DNA from: a virus
Length of the DNA stretch: 64,000 nt
Strand: one strand, 5' to 3'
Virus record (IMG/VR): IMGVR_UViG_3300039210_000244
Coordinates: 20,462-84,461 of that record
Made by a program: the position numbers and the translations under genes. Below are positions 1 through 9,259 of the stretch, one piece after another. The first letter of the stretch is position 1. Every line of letters starts with the position of its first letter. Under the pieces are notes generated by a model. That model was not told the origin of the DNA and searched no databases. It saw only the letters and a list, made by a program, of their open reading frames with translations.

Positions 1-578
1 GATGGGATTCGCTCGTCGGCACGTTGCCGGTCTTCGACTGACGTTCCGATCCACACGTTAGCGGGCGGCTCAGGATCGACATTTATGAGTGCACCATCAG
101 CCTTCTGGCCGATCCATGCGAAAATCCAGTTCTCAAGATCCATCCGACCTACGCAGCTCTCCATCGCTGCGAGCAAACGCGGACGGAAATTCTCCGGACG
201 CTTCGTGAGCAGCAGCCAATCGAGGTGCTGGCATTTGCGGATGAGATCAAGCAAGTCAGCCAGCCAATCAAGCGGAACCTCGTCGTCCAACCAGTCGGAG
301 AGCGATGCGCAGAAGACGCGTGGACGACGTTTTTTCGCGTCTCCCTTTTCAGCCCACCGAAGGCAGTCGGCTTCGGCGTTTCGACTCCATCGGATAGGCT
401 CTTTCCAATTCGCAGCGGATGTGCGCGAGCGCGGATTGCCCTTGCCCCATTTTACGCGGCCATAGCGCGCGTCCATCAGCGTTTCGGCATAGCAGTGCGC
501 ACAGCCGGGTGAAACCTTTGTGCAACCGATCCACGGATTAAACGTGTGATCGGTCCACTCGATTTTTGAGTTTTCCAT
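1..578 (-). CDS. DUF5131 / phage Gp37-Gp68 family radical-SAM-like protein (3' end outside window)
   Basis: Not in ORF track; manual translation from ATG 578: MENSKIEWTDHTFNPWIGCTKVSPGCAHCYAE (CxxxxxxCxxC signature). Confidence 0.9.
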   Translation of the reverse strand, partial: MENSKIEWTDHTFNPWIGCTKVSPGCAHCYAETLMDARYGRVKWGKGNPRSRTSAANWKEPIRWSRNAEADCLRWAEKGDAKKRRPRVFCASLSDWLDDEVPLDWLADLLDLIRKCQHLDWLLLTKRPENFRPRLLAAMESCVGRMDLENWIFAWIGQKADGALINVDPEPPANVWIGTSVEDRQRADERIP

Positions 579-626
579 AATTCGGGTTCGGTTCAGGGTG
601 TTGGATAGAGCGGGCGACCTTGGCGA

Positions 627-1028
627 TCAGCGCGGTGTTCCCGAAACCGGATCGGGGAGCAGCTCGGCGAGATCGATGCCGCGCTGTAGTCCGGCAACGT
701 ACCCGTCGAAATACTTCGTCACAACTTCCGGGAAGGTCGGATATCCGAGGACAAACCGATCCAATTCGGCGATGTCGATCGCGCGACGGAGGCTGGCTAT
801 GAGTTCCGCCTTGGTGATCGGAACGAATGGCGCTGGCGACACCGCCACTACCGGGACAATCACGGCTGGCGCGGCGGTGATGACGGCCTTGGGAGCCAGA
901 TTGACGGGTGCAGGCGGGATGATTTTAGGCGGCGCATAGCCGCGGTATTGGGTGAACGGAGCCGCGCCACAGACGACGGCAGCGATCAGGAACAGGACTG
1001 ACAGGATGGTGTACTTTATCGGTTTCAT
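627..1028 (-). CDS. Hypothetical exported/membrane protein
   Basis: ATG 1028 follows GAA leader; hydrophobic N-terminus MKPIKYTILSVLFLIAAVVCG. Confidence 0.6.
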   Translation of the reverse strand: MKPIKYTILSVLFLIAAVVCGAAPFTQYRGYAPPKIIPPAPVNLAPKAVITAAPAVIVPVVAVSPAPFVPITKAELIASLRRAIDIAELDRFVLGYPTFPEVVTKYFDGYVAGLQRGIDLAELLPDPVSGTPR

Positions 1029-1064
1029 TTTCGTTTCAGGTTCAGGTTTCGTTGCTGACAAAAA

Positions 1065-1268
1065 TTAGAATAGCTCAGGCTCACTCTGCGCGGCCTTCAC
1101 CGCGGCGATTATCCCCATCACATCATTGATGTTTGGATTCGTGAGGCGGGCGGACTGTTTCGAGCCGTTCGGAAAGTGCAGAGTAAACACGCCGTCCTCG
1201 CGCGTGACGCTATCGACGCCGGAGGCTTCGCACTGCGCGAACGACGGATGCATCGTGAGCACGTTCAT
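1065..1268 (-). CDS. Hypothetical protein
   Basis: ATGA overlap with upstream ORF. Confidence 0.55.
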   Translation of the reverse strand: MNVLTMHPSFAQCEASGVDSVTREDGVFTLHFPNGSKQSARLTNPNINDVMGIIAAVKAAQSEPELF

Positions 1269-1453
1269 GCCGCGGCCTTGCTTGATAGATCGATCTGGTA
1301 TGCCAGTTCGTCGATCAACTCCTGTGCGTACTGTGTCTGCCATGCGCGGTCGATCGGATCATCGATCAGCTCGGCTACCGCCAGATCCGCGCGCAACATC
1401 GCGAGATCGTTCTGGAGGTGCTGCAATTGCTGGCGGTCGATTCGGGTGATCAT
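1265..1453 (-). CDS. Hypothetical small helical protein
   Basis: ORF in compact - strand run. Confidence 0.55.
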   Translation of the reverse strand: MITRIDRQQLQHLQNDLAMLRADLAVAELIDDPIDRAWQTQYAQELIDELAYQIDLSSKAAA

Positions 1454-1474
1454 GTTCGTGGCGGTTCAGCGAAG

Positions 1475-1831
1475 TCACTTGATGACCTCGATTATCATGG
1501 TACCGCGAATCTCCACGAGCAGGCCGGTTTTCTCGTCCTCGAAGTAGCAGCCGTCACCCTGCACGTCGGTCACGGCTCCGGTTGTCGTCCAAGATTCGAT
1601 CGGATTTCCGCTGTTTCCGTAGAGCGTGATCTTGTGCCGCTTTCCCAGCGCATTGAAGGACGCCACTTCCGCGTCAGTGCAGGCAGCGAGAAAGAGCAGA
1701 GCCAAACCAGCCACTAGAGCCAACGCCCACAGTCGGGGGCTTCGGCGATTGGCGGCGCGGATGATTCGGCTGTAAGCCATCCTCAGTTCGGGGATGGCGG
1801 ACACTGCAACTGTCATGTTTTTCGTGCTCAT
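1475..1831 (-). CDS. Hypothetical membrane/lipoprotein
   Basis: Hydrophobic stretch ending LFLAAC; preceded by promoter-like motif and GAA leader. Confidence 0.6.
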   Translation of the reverse strand: MSTKNMTVAVSAIPELRMAYSRIIRAANRRSPRLWALALVAGLALLFLAACTDAEVASFNALGKRHKITLYGNSGNPIESWTTTGAVTDVQGDGCYFEDEKTGLLVEIRGTMIIEVIK

Positions 1832-1866
1832 GTCGTTTCGGGTTCTGGTTGCTGACTGACACGAAC

Positions 1867-1900
1867 AAACTACCCGTTACATCGTTAGATGTAAATATAA
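1867..1900 (-). promoter_or_regulatory. Class-I promoter-like site (TTTACA-17-TAGTTT); related copies at 32191, 33325, 39676, 45180, 47246, 50450, 52133, 58376
   Basis: + strand tgtaaa(g/t)a recurs nine times, each in an AT-rich gap 40-75 nt upstream of a - strand start. Confidence 0.65.
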
Positions 1901-1938
1901 TAATTTAACCAGGAGCGAAATAATTCGCTCACCGCCGA

Positions 1939-2286
1939 TCAATTCCGCGTCGCCAGCCAACCGATCAGTGCACCGACGAACGGACCGACTGACGCCAGCC
2001 ATCCCACCAGTTTGTATCCACCGCGAATTTGGTTCGCAATCTCCTTGAACTGATCCACCGCGATCCGGAGTTCGGCTGATTCTTTTTGTGCGGCCTCGAA
2101 CCGGGCGCTGCTCTCTTTTTGATTGGCTTGGAGCTGTGTTCGCAACTCGACGATCGCCGATGGTTCCTGCTCCGCCCGCGTCTTCAGCGTGGCATCGATC
2201 GCTGCCACCTTTTGAGCCATCTCGCCGACCTGCTTCGTCAGCACTTCAATCAGTCGTTCGAGGCGTTGCGTAGAATCGTCAGACAT
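1939..2286 (-). CDS. Coiled-coil protein with C-terminal TM helix (holin/XhlA-like candidate)
   Basis: Heptad-rich N-part and a single C-terminal hydrophobic helix. Confidence 0.55.
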   Translation of the reverse strand: MSDDSTQRLERLIEVLTKQVGEMAQKVAAIDATLKTRAEQEPSAIVELRTQLQANQKESSARFEAAQKESAELRIAVDQFKEIANQIRGGYKLVGWLASVGPFVGALIGWLATRN

Positions 2287-2351
2287 GGTTGAGAGGGTTC
2301 ATCTGTAAGAGAACAACCTCCCATCATTCGGGAATTTATTTCGCTAAAATT

Positions 2352-3422
2352 CTATGCAGCCAACGGCGCCGTATTTGCTCCCTCAACCTGCATCCTCGAA
2401 TCGATCGCTTTCTCTATCGAGGTTTTCGCGCCATCAACTGCTCGCGGAATGCGATAGCGCAAATGCTCCTTGAGTTCGGAGAACGCGGCCACCGCTTTAG
2501 GGACGCCCACAGACGCCTCATCCTTGAGGTCCTGCACGCTCGCGCGGAGCTTCCGCTCAATCTGCCCAGTGAGCCACAGATGGCGCGCCACGAGCCCGCC
2601 GCCGATGAGGATCAGCGCAAGGCCACCGCCCGCGACATAGATGAACCACGTTTGACCGACGATATAACCGGCGCCGATTAGCAGCATGCCACCGACGGCA
2701 CCCGGGACCGCTTTAGTCAGCGCCGCGATGCCGGTGAAAAAGAGTAGGGCACCACAACCGAGCACGACCGCCATTCCCGTGCCGACCAAAATGCGAGACG
2801 CCCATCGGAGAAGATCGTCCGCGTGCTTTTTGTTCGCGGCCACAATCGCAGCCTTCGCCGCCGCAACTTCCGCGTCTTTGTCGGCGATGACCTTTTCGAG
2901 CGCGCTCTTCTGCTCGGCGAGCTCGGTGTCGGCGGCCGTTCGCAGCGCCACGAGTTGCTCGTCGCGCGCTTTGATTGTCTTCTGTTCCGCCTCCATCGCC
3001 AGCTTCAACCGCGACGTTTCATCGAGCGCAGAGCCGTAAAGTTTTTTCTGCTCCGCGAGATCACCTTTGACCGTCGCGAGAATTCGCGCGTCAGCCTCCG
3101 CTTTCTTCGCCGGTGTTGGATCTCCGACGATCGCGTGCGCGAGGTCAGCCTCCGCCGTGATAATTTCCTTCCCCTTGCTCGCTTCCGTTTTCTCCGCGCC
3201 CTGGCCTATGCCGTAAACGTTACCGGCGAGATCACCAAGCAGAGAATCTTTCGCCTCCAGCTGTTGTCCGAGCGCGGCGATTTGTTTTTGCTGCTCCTGT
3301 CCCAGCTGTTCCGTCTTCGGTCCGACTGGAGCAACGACCGTTTTCGTACTCTGGCAGCTGACGTTCAACAGAAGCACAAAGGCAACGACGAATAGTCCAA
3401 GGCAAGCGAGCGCGTTTTTCAT
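2352..3422 (-). CDS. Lipoprotein with long coiled coil and C-terminal TM helices (spanin-like candidate)
   Basis: Signal peptide ending NVS-C; Ala/Glu/Lys coiled coil; about 3 hydrophobic helices near the C-terminus. Confidence 0.6.
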   Translation of the reverse strand: MKNALACLGLFVVAFVLLLNVSCQSTKTVVAPVGPKTEQLGQEQQKQIAALGQQLEAKDSLLGDLAGNVYGIGQGAEKTEASKGKEIITAEADLAHAIVGDPTPAKKAEADARILATVKGDLAEQKKLYGSALDETSRLKLAMEAEQKTIKARDEQLVALRTAADTELAEQKSALEKVIADKDAEVAAAKAAIVAANKKHADDLLRWASRILVGTGMAVVLGCGALLFFTGIAALTKAVPGAVGGMLLIGAGYIVGQTWFIYVAGGGLALILIGGGLVARHLWLTGQIERKLRASVQDLKDEASVGVPKAVAAFSELKEHLRYRIPRAVDGAKTSIEKAIDSRMQVEGANTAPLAA

Positions 3423-3439
3423 TTCAGGTTCGGGTTCTC

Positions 3440-3945
3440 CTTCAGCTCTGAGCGTCGGAGGTATCAGAGCAAGCTATACAGATTAAAATCCTCCTCAGTA
3501 TATTGCCCGTTCCAGAGGCACCTGCCAAAGTCCCCCCTTCCCCACGCGATAAGGCATGAGGAAAGGGATGACGATGACGGTGCCTCCAAATTGCCCTGTC
3601 CCTGTCGGCCCCACCAGTTTTCCAAGCAGCAGCTCCCGCCGAGTATGGCCCCACGTTTCACGGTTCTTTATCGCTGTGCTCAGGTCGGCCCCAGTCTTCG
3701 CCGGGTCCGCCATTCAGCTGTAACGGGTGGTAGTTGCCACCGATCACAGCACTCGCCAAAAATGAACACGATTGCCGATGTCGGCCCTCGTTTTCCGTTC
3801 GTTCGTAGCCGCGACGTAAAAACAAGAACACCTCGGCGTGTCTCACGACGCCGAGGTGTTCTTTTCGATTCAGGTCTTAGTGACGGGATCGCCGTCACTC
3901 AAATTGGGTTCCTCGTTGCTGTGAGACTCGCAACGCAGAAACGGA
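3440..3945 (-). ncRNA. Candidate structured non-coding RNA region
   Basis: About 570-nt gap with no convincing ORF; several inverted repeats; G-U-rich stems that form only on the - strand. Confidence 0.4.
3818..3865. terminator. Intrinsic terminator, possibly bidirectional
   Basis: Perfect 16-bp inverted repeat AAGAACACCTCGGCGT/ACGCCGAGGTGTTCTT with T-runs on both strands. Confidence 0.75.
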
Positions 3946-3995
3946 TGAGATCAAACACCGCGGAAGTAAAGATTATTCAGAAAACAATCTGTCAC

Positions 3996-4361
3996 TTAGA
4001 CATCGATCGCGTCCGAGAAAACAGTGAGCTGTCCCGCTTCCGGCTGAAAATCACAGATGGCCGGCTCAACCTTCGCGGCGGCGTAAATCTGAGCGCGGAA
4101 AGGATCATCCGCTGGATTTGCGGCAAGCGCGGTGGTCGAGAGCCATTGGTCGAACTTCGCACCGCTCAATCGCAGCTTGGCAAACGGGCGATCAGCCATC
4201 GAAAGCGTGGCCTTGGGGTTGGTCGCAGCCTGCGCGGCACTGAGGTAAAGCCCGAACCAAACAGAAATTTCTTTGCTCAGATAGTCAGCCGGCGCGGCGA
4301 TAATCTTGACGTAGTTGCCTGCGGCACCGTTGGGCAGGGTGAATGTTTTTTGGAGAGCCAT
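3996..4361 (-). CDS. Hypothetical protein downstream of tail-tip gene (possible fibre chaperone)
   Basis: Position and phage-like composition. Confidence 0.6.
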   Translation of the reverse strand: MALQKTFTLPNGAAGNYVKIIAAPADYLSKEISVWFGLYLSAAQAATNPKATLSMADRPFAKLRLSGAKFDQWLSTTALAANPADDPFRAQIYAAAKVEPAICDFQPEAGQLTVFSDAIDV

Positions 4362-4366
4362 GACGT

Positions 4367-7300
4367 TTAGGCGTATTCGGTGAGCGAAATCTGGCAGCGG
4401 TATTGCGCGCTAGCCCCTATGTTGGACGCGTCGCGGGTCCAGAGTTTTATATAGGCCGTGGTGGACGTGCTGGTGGCGCCGTCAACGGCGAGATAACGTC
4501 CGAGAACGTTGTCGTCGGATTCGACCTGAACCGATCCCACGTCGGGATGCGCCGAGAAACCGCGATTGCTGATGTCGAGGGCGAAAATTTCGGACGCCGC
4601 GCCGCCGGTGAGCGGAGAAGTGACCATGTTCTCATCGTACTTTGCGAGCACCTGGCGCACGCTCGATCCGCTGCCGGTCTTGACGCCGCTCATCGATACG
4701 TTCGCCGAACTTTGCTCGGACATCGATCCAGCCGCTAACGCGAGAGTGAAATTTATCCAAATCCCCGTGTCCGTCCAATTGCCGCTGTCGGAATAATTCC
4801 CTGTGCGATCGCGTGTGCGAACCCACAGGCGCTGAGACGTAGTTGTGCCGCTGTAGAAAAAAACTTTCTCCGCAGTCCCATCTACAATCGTATCGGCCGA
4901 ACTCGGCGGCGTTCCGGTGCTTCCGCTGATTCCAAATTCGTAATTAGCAACATCGCGATCCGCGCTTCTGGTGAACGTAACCGTCATTCCGTATATCTGA
5001 GTGGAGCCCCAATACTTGGCGGCAATCGGGTAGGAAGAGTCAGGCGCGTGACCTACAAAGCCGGTGGGGTTGGCCGGGCCGGACGATTTATTTGGCGCCG
5101 TGAAAGGCGAACCGGTAGCCAAAACAATTGCGCTCGGAGCAAGATCGAACGTGAACACCTGCACCGCCACCTCGTACGACATGTTGGGCGCGAGGTCGTC
5201 GATCGTGCTCGTGCGCGGCGTCGGATTCCGGTTGTTGTCCCATTGGTCAGCGACTATCCATCCGGTCGATCCGTTCTTCCGATACAGAACGTTCATGATG
5301 TACCCGCCGGTGGGCATTGCCGGGACGTTGATCACGAGGCGGGAAAGCGCGGTGCCGTCACCGGCGAGATACGCGCTCGACGTGTTGAGGGTAGGCGCAG
5401 CCGGGTCTGTCGGCGGCGTCGTTTCGACGTAACCTTGGAGCAAGATCCACGTGTAGCTTCCGACCAACGTGCTCGGCGTCGCGCTATTGCTGGAGTACGT
5501 GCCGATGTACTTACCAACGACATCCCCTCCGGAGGCCGTGAACGTCGCGCCGCCGTCATTCGAGAACTTGAAATAAAAGTAAGCGTTGTCCCCAGGCGTG
5601 CCATCGTCACCGATGATCTTCATCGCCGCCGTGAACGTGCCGGTGGTGCCGACTTTTTGATGCTGGTAAAGATCGCCAACGGTGAACGTCGAATGCCACG
5701 AGGCACCATCCACGGAATACTCAATGATTACGTCGTTTCCGGCTACTCCGTCATAGCCTTCGCGGACTTTGACGATCGAGATATAATCTTCCACGCCGTC
5801 CCAAACGACTTTCACGGTGATCGCCTCGCTCAGCATGGATGAGACATCGACCGCACACGTGGTGCCTGTGACGGTCAGAGTCGCGCTGCCTGACGTGACG
5901 CTGAAGGTCGGCGAGCCCGCGAGATTCTGGCCGGTCGCCGTAAAGTTGATTGTCGCCGGAACCGGCGTCGTCGGCGCGGCCTTCGCGTATTGGACGGTCT
6001 GAGTGTCCGAGGTGAGCACAACCAACTTGGCGTTCGTGCCGCCGGTGCCGGCTTTTGACTTCGTGATCGTGAACCGCCGTACAATTGAATCGTAGCCAGT
6101 CCGCGCCGCGGTGATGTCCACGTATCCAACGTCCGCCGACAGCGCCGAAACGGTCACAACGCGGCCAACCAGCGCCGACGTGCAGTCCGTGTCCGCTTTC
6201 GTGACGGTCCAATCTGCCGACGAATCAACCACGCCCTCATAAATCTTGATCTCCGTCGAGGCGCCCGCAAACGACGACACCACGCCGGCAGAGTCTGCGG
6301 GAACAAGGTGAGCCTCGTTCGTCAGGATCGCATTCGGGCCACCGACGCCGCGTGGCGTGATTGCGGCGGAATTGCTTTTCTCTCCGATCAATTCGCCAGC
6401 CGACACCCCGGAGATCCAATACCAATATGGCACGTCAACATCGACCGTCACATCAACGAACCGCGGGTAAGCCTGCTCCGCGATCTCGGTCGATGCAGCC
6501 GGATCGCTCGTGGTGCCTCGGAAAATCTTGTATTCAACCGCGCCCGGGATCGCGGTCCACGTGAGGCCAATCGCTTTGCCGGTGCCAGCAATCGCCGCGA
6601 GGTCGGTCGCCGCGGCCGGAGTCGCGTCCGGTACGACAACCGTAATCTGCGGAACGTACGCGGCGCTCGTTTGAGGGTAGAATTCCGCAAGCGTTACGGC
6701 ATCAGCCACGCGGCGAACGTGCTCCGCATACGCAGTGTCGGGATCGTACAGCCCCGCGTTGCCGAACGGGATCATCCGGAAGTAGCTCGGATCTAGCGCA
6801 ACGTTCGGTGCCTCAAAATCTGGGTGCCAAAGGAAAGAGACATTTTCGATCGGCGCGCACCAAACCTCATACGTCGCCCACGAATCAGGGAACGAACCGG
6901 CCGAAAATTCCGCCGCAACCGTGTTCCTACGAGCGCGAAGCACAGGCACATCGAAAGTGTCGGTCGCAACCGCGCTCACCGGGCCGGCCACCGACAGGAA
7001 TTCAACCCAAGGTTTCCCGTCCGGCTTCGCGACGATGTTACCGCCACCGTCTTTTTTAATTAGACAAATGACCATCGAATCCATCGCGGCCTCGCCAGCG
7101 CCGCCGTTCCAGTTCGTCAGATAGGTCGAATCACGCCGCGGGTCCACGCCGTTTGAGCCCGTGAGCAACGACACGCGCAGGGTCGTGGCAACGTTCGAGA
7201 ACGCGGCAACGAGATTGAGCGGCAAGGCAAACGCCGGCTGCCGACCAATCTCCGCGTAGTCGCCAGCGACGGTCTTGCAGTATTGGACGATGTACCAAAA

Positions 7301-8614
7301 GGCCATGTCCGCAGGCCGTGCGGCAAAAGCAACAACACTCGGGCTGTCGCCAGTAACGTCCGAATCGAGTGAGACAATCCGAGAATAATTGACCGGCGGA
7401 GTCGCATCATCCGCGACATTGATGACCGGAGTCGGCACGACCACCTGCACGGCGCCGTTCGTTTCAAGCTCACCGGTGATTGTGATCGGACCCGTTTTGT
7501 CGAACGATCGACGCAAAATGAAAAAAAGTCGGATGTCTGACGCCTCACCCTGTTCCTCGACCGGGAAGGTGAAGTAGTCGCCGGGACGTAGTTTTGTCCC
7601 GTCGGAATTCACCGCTTTCCCGCGTTTGACTTCGAGTTCGAGCGTGGTTTTTGGATACGCCGCCGCGCGCAGGAGATCCGCACCGTGCGCAAAAACTTGA
7701 GCCTCGTGGGTGAGCAGCTGGCGCGACGCCGTTTTGCGCCGCACGATCCCCGTGGATCGGACGGAAGCGGTATTGTCCACCGTTCGAGCGTCGCCCTTGT
7801 GGTGTTTGTCGGCGTTTCGGAATTCGATCGAGAACGAGTTCGGTAGCGCCGAGGCGTCTTCCGTTTCAAAATGGGCTGAGTCAACGTCGTCATGAGTGAG
7901 AGCGGTAGCGCCTGCCACGACCCCTGTCCGTATGCGTCGGCCAGCCTCGATTCGACCATCCGCACCCATTCGTAGCCACGCATTGGAGACGCTTGAGAGA
8001 TCGGCGAGCGCCGACTTCATGTTCGTCTTCTCATTCCAGAATGGAGCAACCGATGACGAGATTCGGTTCGTTCCTGCAACCGTCTCGGCAGCGAGGTCAT
8101 TGCTCAATGTCACGAACGACGCTGCGTTCAACTTGTCGGACGGCAGTCCACCGAAATTCCACGAGGTAAGGATCTCAGCCGCTACCGCCGCGGGATTACA
8201 TGTGTCGTTGCCGTCAATCTGCTCCGTACCGTTGCTGATTATCAGCTGATTTGGCGCGCGGCTCCAACACACCTCGATCGTCGGCGCGGCGGTCTCGCCA
8301 CTTACGCCAAAGGAGCAATCCACCAAAACAAGATACACCCACCCACGGTACGCAGGCTGGAGTTTGAACGACGCGAGCACGCTGTCGGCCGCCTGCGTTT
8401 CCGTGCCCCAGTAGAAATATGCCGGCCCAACTCCGGTCAGAAAAATTGCCGAATAGTCAGCGCCTACTGGTTTACTGAGCGGTCCAGACCAAACGGTTTT
8501 ACCTCCGAAAACGATCCATTCTAGGCTATACGCCGGCCCCTCGCCAAGCGCGCCTGCGAGGGTGCCGTGGTACTCGTTGGTCGTGCTCGCCCCGCCTTTT
8601 GATCCGGAACTCAT
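4367..8614 (-). CDS. Central tail-tip / host-specificity protein (lambda J / GTA megatron-like) with Fn3-like domains
   Basis: 1415 aa; PAYRGWVYLV and NPA motifs, LRPGDYF; Fn3-like segments (LTWTAIPGAVEYKIFR, LAPNMSYEVAV); last gene of tail-tip cluster. Confidence 0.85.
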   Translation of the reverse strand: MSSGSKGGASTTNEYHGTLAGALGEGPAYSLEWIVFGGKTVWSGPLSKPVGADYSAIFLTGVGPAYFYWGTETQAADSVLASFKLQPAYRGWVYLVLVDCSFGVSGETAAPTIEVCWSRAPNQLIISNGTEQIDGNDTCNPAAVAAEILTSWNFGGLPSDKLNAASFVTLSNDLAAETVAGTNRISSSVAPFWNEKTNMKSALADLSSVSNAWLRMGADGRIEAGRRIRTGVVAGATALTHDDVDSAHFETEDASALPNSFSIEFRNADKHHKGDARTVDNTASVRSTGIVRRKTASRQLLTHEAQVFAHGADLLRAAAYPKTTLELEVKRGKAVNSDGTKLRPGDYFTFPVEEQGEASDIRLFFILRRSFDKTGPITITGELETNGAVQVVVPTPVINVADDATPPVNYSRIVSLDSDVTGDSPSVVAFAARPADMAFWYIVQYCKTVAGDYAEIGRQPAFALPLNLVAAFSNVATTLRVSLLTGSNGVDPRRDSTYLTNWNGGAGEAAMDSMVICLIKKDGGGNIVAKPDGKPWVEFLSVAGPVSAVATDTFDVPVLRARRNTVAAEFSAGSFPDSWATYEVWCAPIENVSFLWHPDFEAPNVALDPSYFRMIPFGNAGLYDPDTAYAEHVRRVADAVTLAEFYPQTSAAYVPQITVVVPDATPAAATDLAAIAGTGKAIGLTWTAIPGAVEYKIFRGTTSDPAASTEIAEQAYPRFVDVTVDVDVPYWYWISGVSAGELIGEKSNSAAITPRGVGGPNAILTNEAHLVPADSAGVVSSFAGASTEIKIYEGVVDSSADWTVTKADTDCTSALVGRVVTVSALSADVGYVDITAARTGYDSIVRRFTITKSKAGTGGTNAKLVVLTSDTQTVQYAKAAPTTPVPATINFTATGQNLAGSPTFSVTSGSATLTVTGTTCAVDVSSMLSEAITVKVVWDGVEDYISIVKVREGYDGVAGNDVIIEYSVDGASWHSTFTVGDLYQHQKVGTTGTFTAAMKIIGDDGTPGDNAYFYFKFSNDGGATFTASGGDVVGKYIGTYSSNSATPSTLVGSYTWILLQGYVETTPPTDPAAPTLNTSSAYLAGDGTALSRLVINVPAMPTGGYIMNVLYRKNGSTGWIVADQWDNNRNPTPRTSTIDDLAPNMSYEVAVQVFTFDLAPSAIVLATGSPFTAPNKSSGPANPTGFVGHAPDSSYPIAAKYWGSTQIYGMTVTFTRSADRDVANYEFGISGSTGTPPSSADTIVDGTAEKVFFYSGTTTSQRLWVRTRDRTGNYSDSGNWTDTGIWINFTLALAAGSMSEQSSANVSMSGVKTGSGSSVRQVLAKYDENMVTSPLTGGAASEIFALDISNRGFSAHPDVGSVQVESDDNVLGRYLAVDGATSTSTTAYIKLWTRDASNIGASAQYRCQISLTEYA

Positions 8615-8811
8615 TTCTTTCCCCCAGACTGTGCCGGCACCTTAACCACGCGCTGACCGTAGATTGGCGTGAGCCAGCGGATCGTCGTCTTGATTGTCCC
8701 CATTCCGAGCGGGATCGCCTGCGCCGCACGAGCGGACGACAGCGACTCGTCCTCCGCCTTGAATTCGTCGGTCGTGTTCGGTTCTGCGGCTTGGTCTGTC
8801 CTTGCGCCCAT
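8611..8811 (-). CDS. Small tail-tip ORF resembling the N-terminus of J-like proteins
   Basis: AIPLGMGT resembles the IPxxxGT motif; ATGA overlap with next gene. Confidence 0.6.
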   Translation of the reverse strand: MGARTDQAAEPNTTDEFKAEDESLSSARAAQAIPLGMGTIKTTIRWLTPIYGQRVVKVPAQSGGKK

Positions 8812-8815
8812 TTGA

Positions 8816-9259
8816 TTATTTGATTGGACGCCATGCGCGGCGTAGTCGTTTCAATAGCTGCTTCTCCCTGAATGACGCGACGTGCACGCCGCCCTTCTGC
8901 CAGCTGTGCACCATTTCGTTCGCATCGAGCGCAAGCCCGATGTGTCCGATGCCGGCATAGAAAAGTAGAACGTCGCCCGCGCTGATCCCGGTCAAATTTA
9001 TCGGGTAAAAAAATGCAGGATGATCATCGAGCACATGGGCGATCCGCTCCAACGACTCGGATTTCGACACGTCGGCGCGATCAAACGGCTCCGGCCCTTC
9101 GTGGCCGAACTTCTGCAAGATCGCAAATGGCAGCCCGCCGCAACTGGCACCCGTGCCCTTCATTGGAACCCCGTTCCCAACCCACGGCGTACCGAACCAT
9201 GACATCGCTTCGGCGCGAAGGGCGATCGCGTCTGCAGCCGTTGAAATCACGGGGATCAT
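8816..9259 (-). CDS. NlpC/P60 family tail-associated peptidase
   Basis: WFGTPW...GASCGGL...GDVLLF...GHIGL...MVHS catalytic Cys/His pattern. Confidence 0.85.
   Translation of the reverse strand: MIPVISTAADAIALRAEAMSWFGTPWVGNGVPMKGTGASCGGLPFAILQKFGHEGPEPFDRADVSKSESLERIAHVLDDHPAFFYPINLTGISAGDVLLFYAGIGHIGLALDANEMVHSWQKGGVHVASFREKQLLKRLRRAWRPIK

Noticed and set aside
3600-3700. Possible mini-CRISPR from 40-nt periodic repeats
   Set aside because: Repeats are only 7-10 nt and there are no cas genes; kept as an unexplained periodicity
3430-4700. Diversity-generating retroelement template near the tail-tip C-terminus
   Set aside because: No reverse transcriptase and no adenine-variant repeat pair visible
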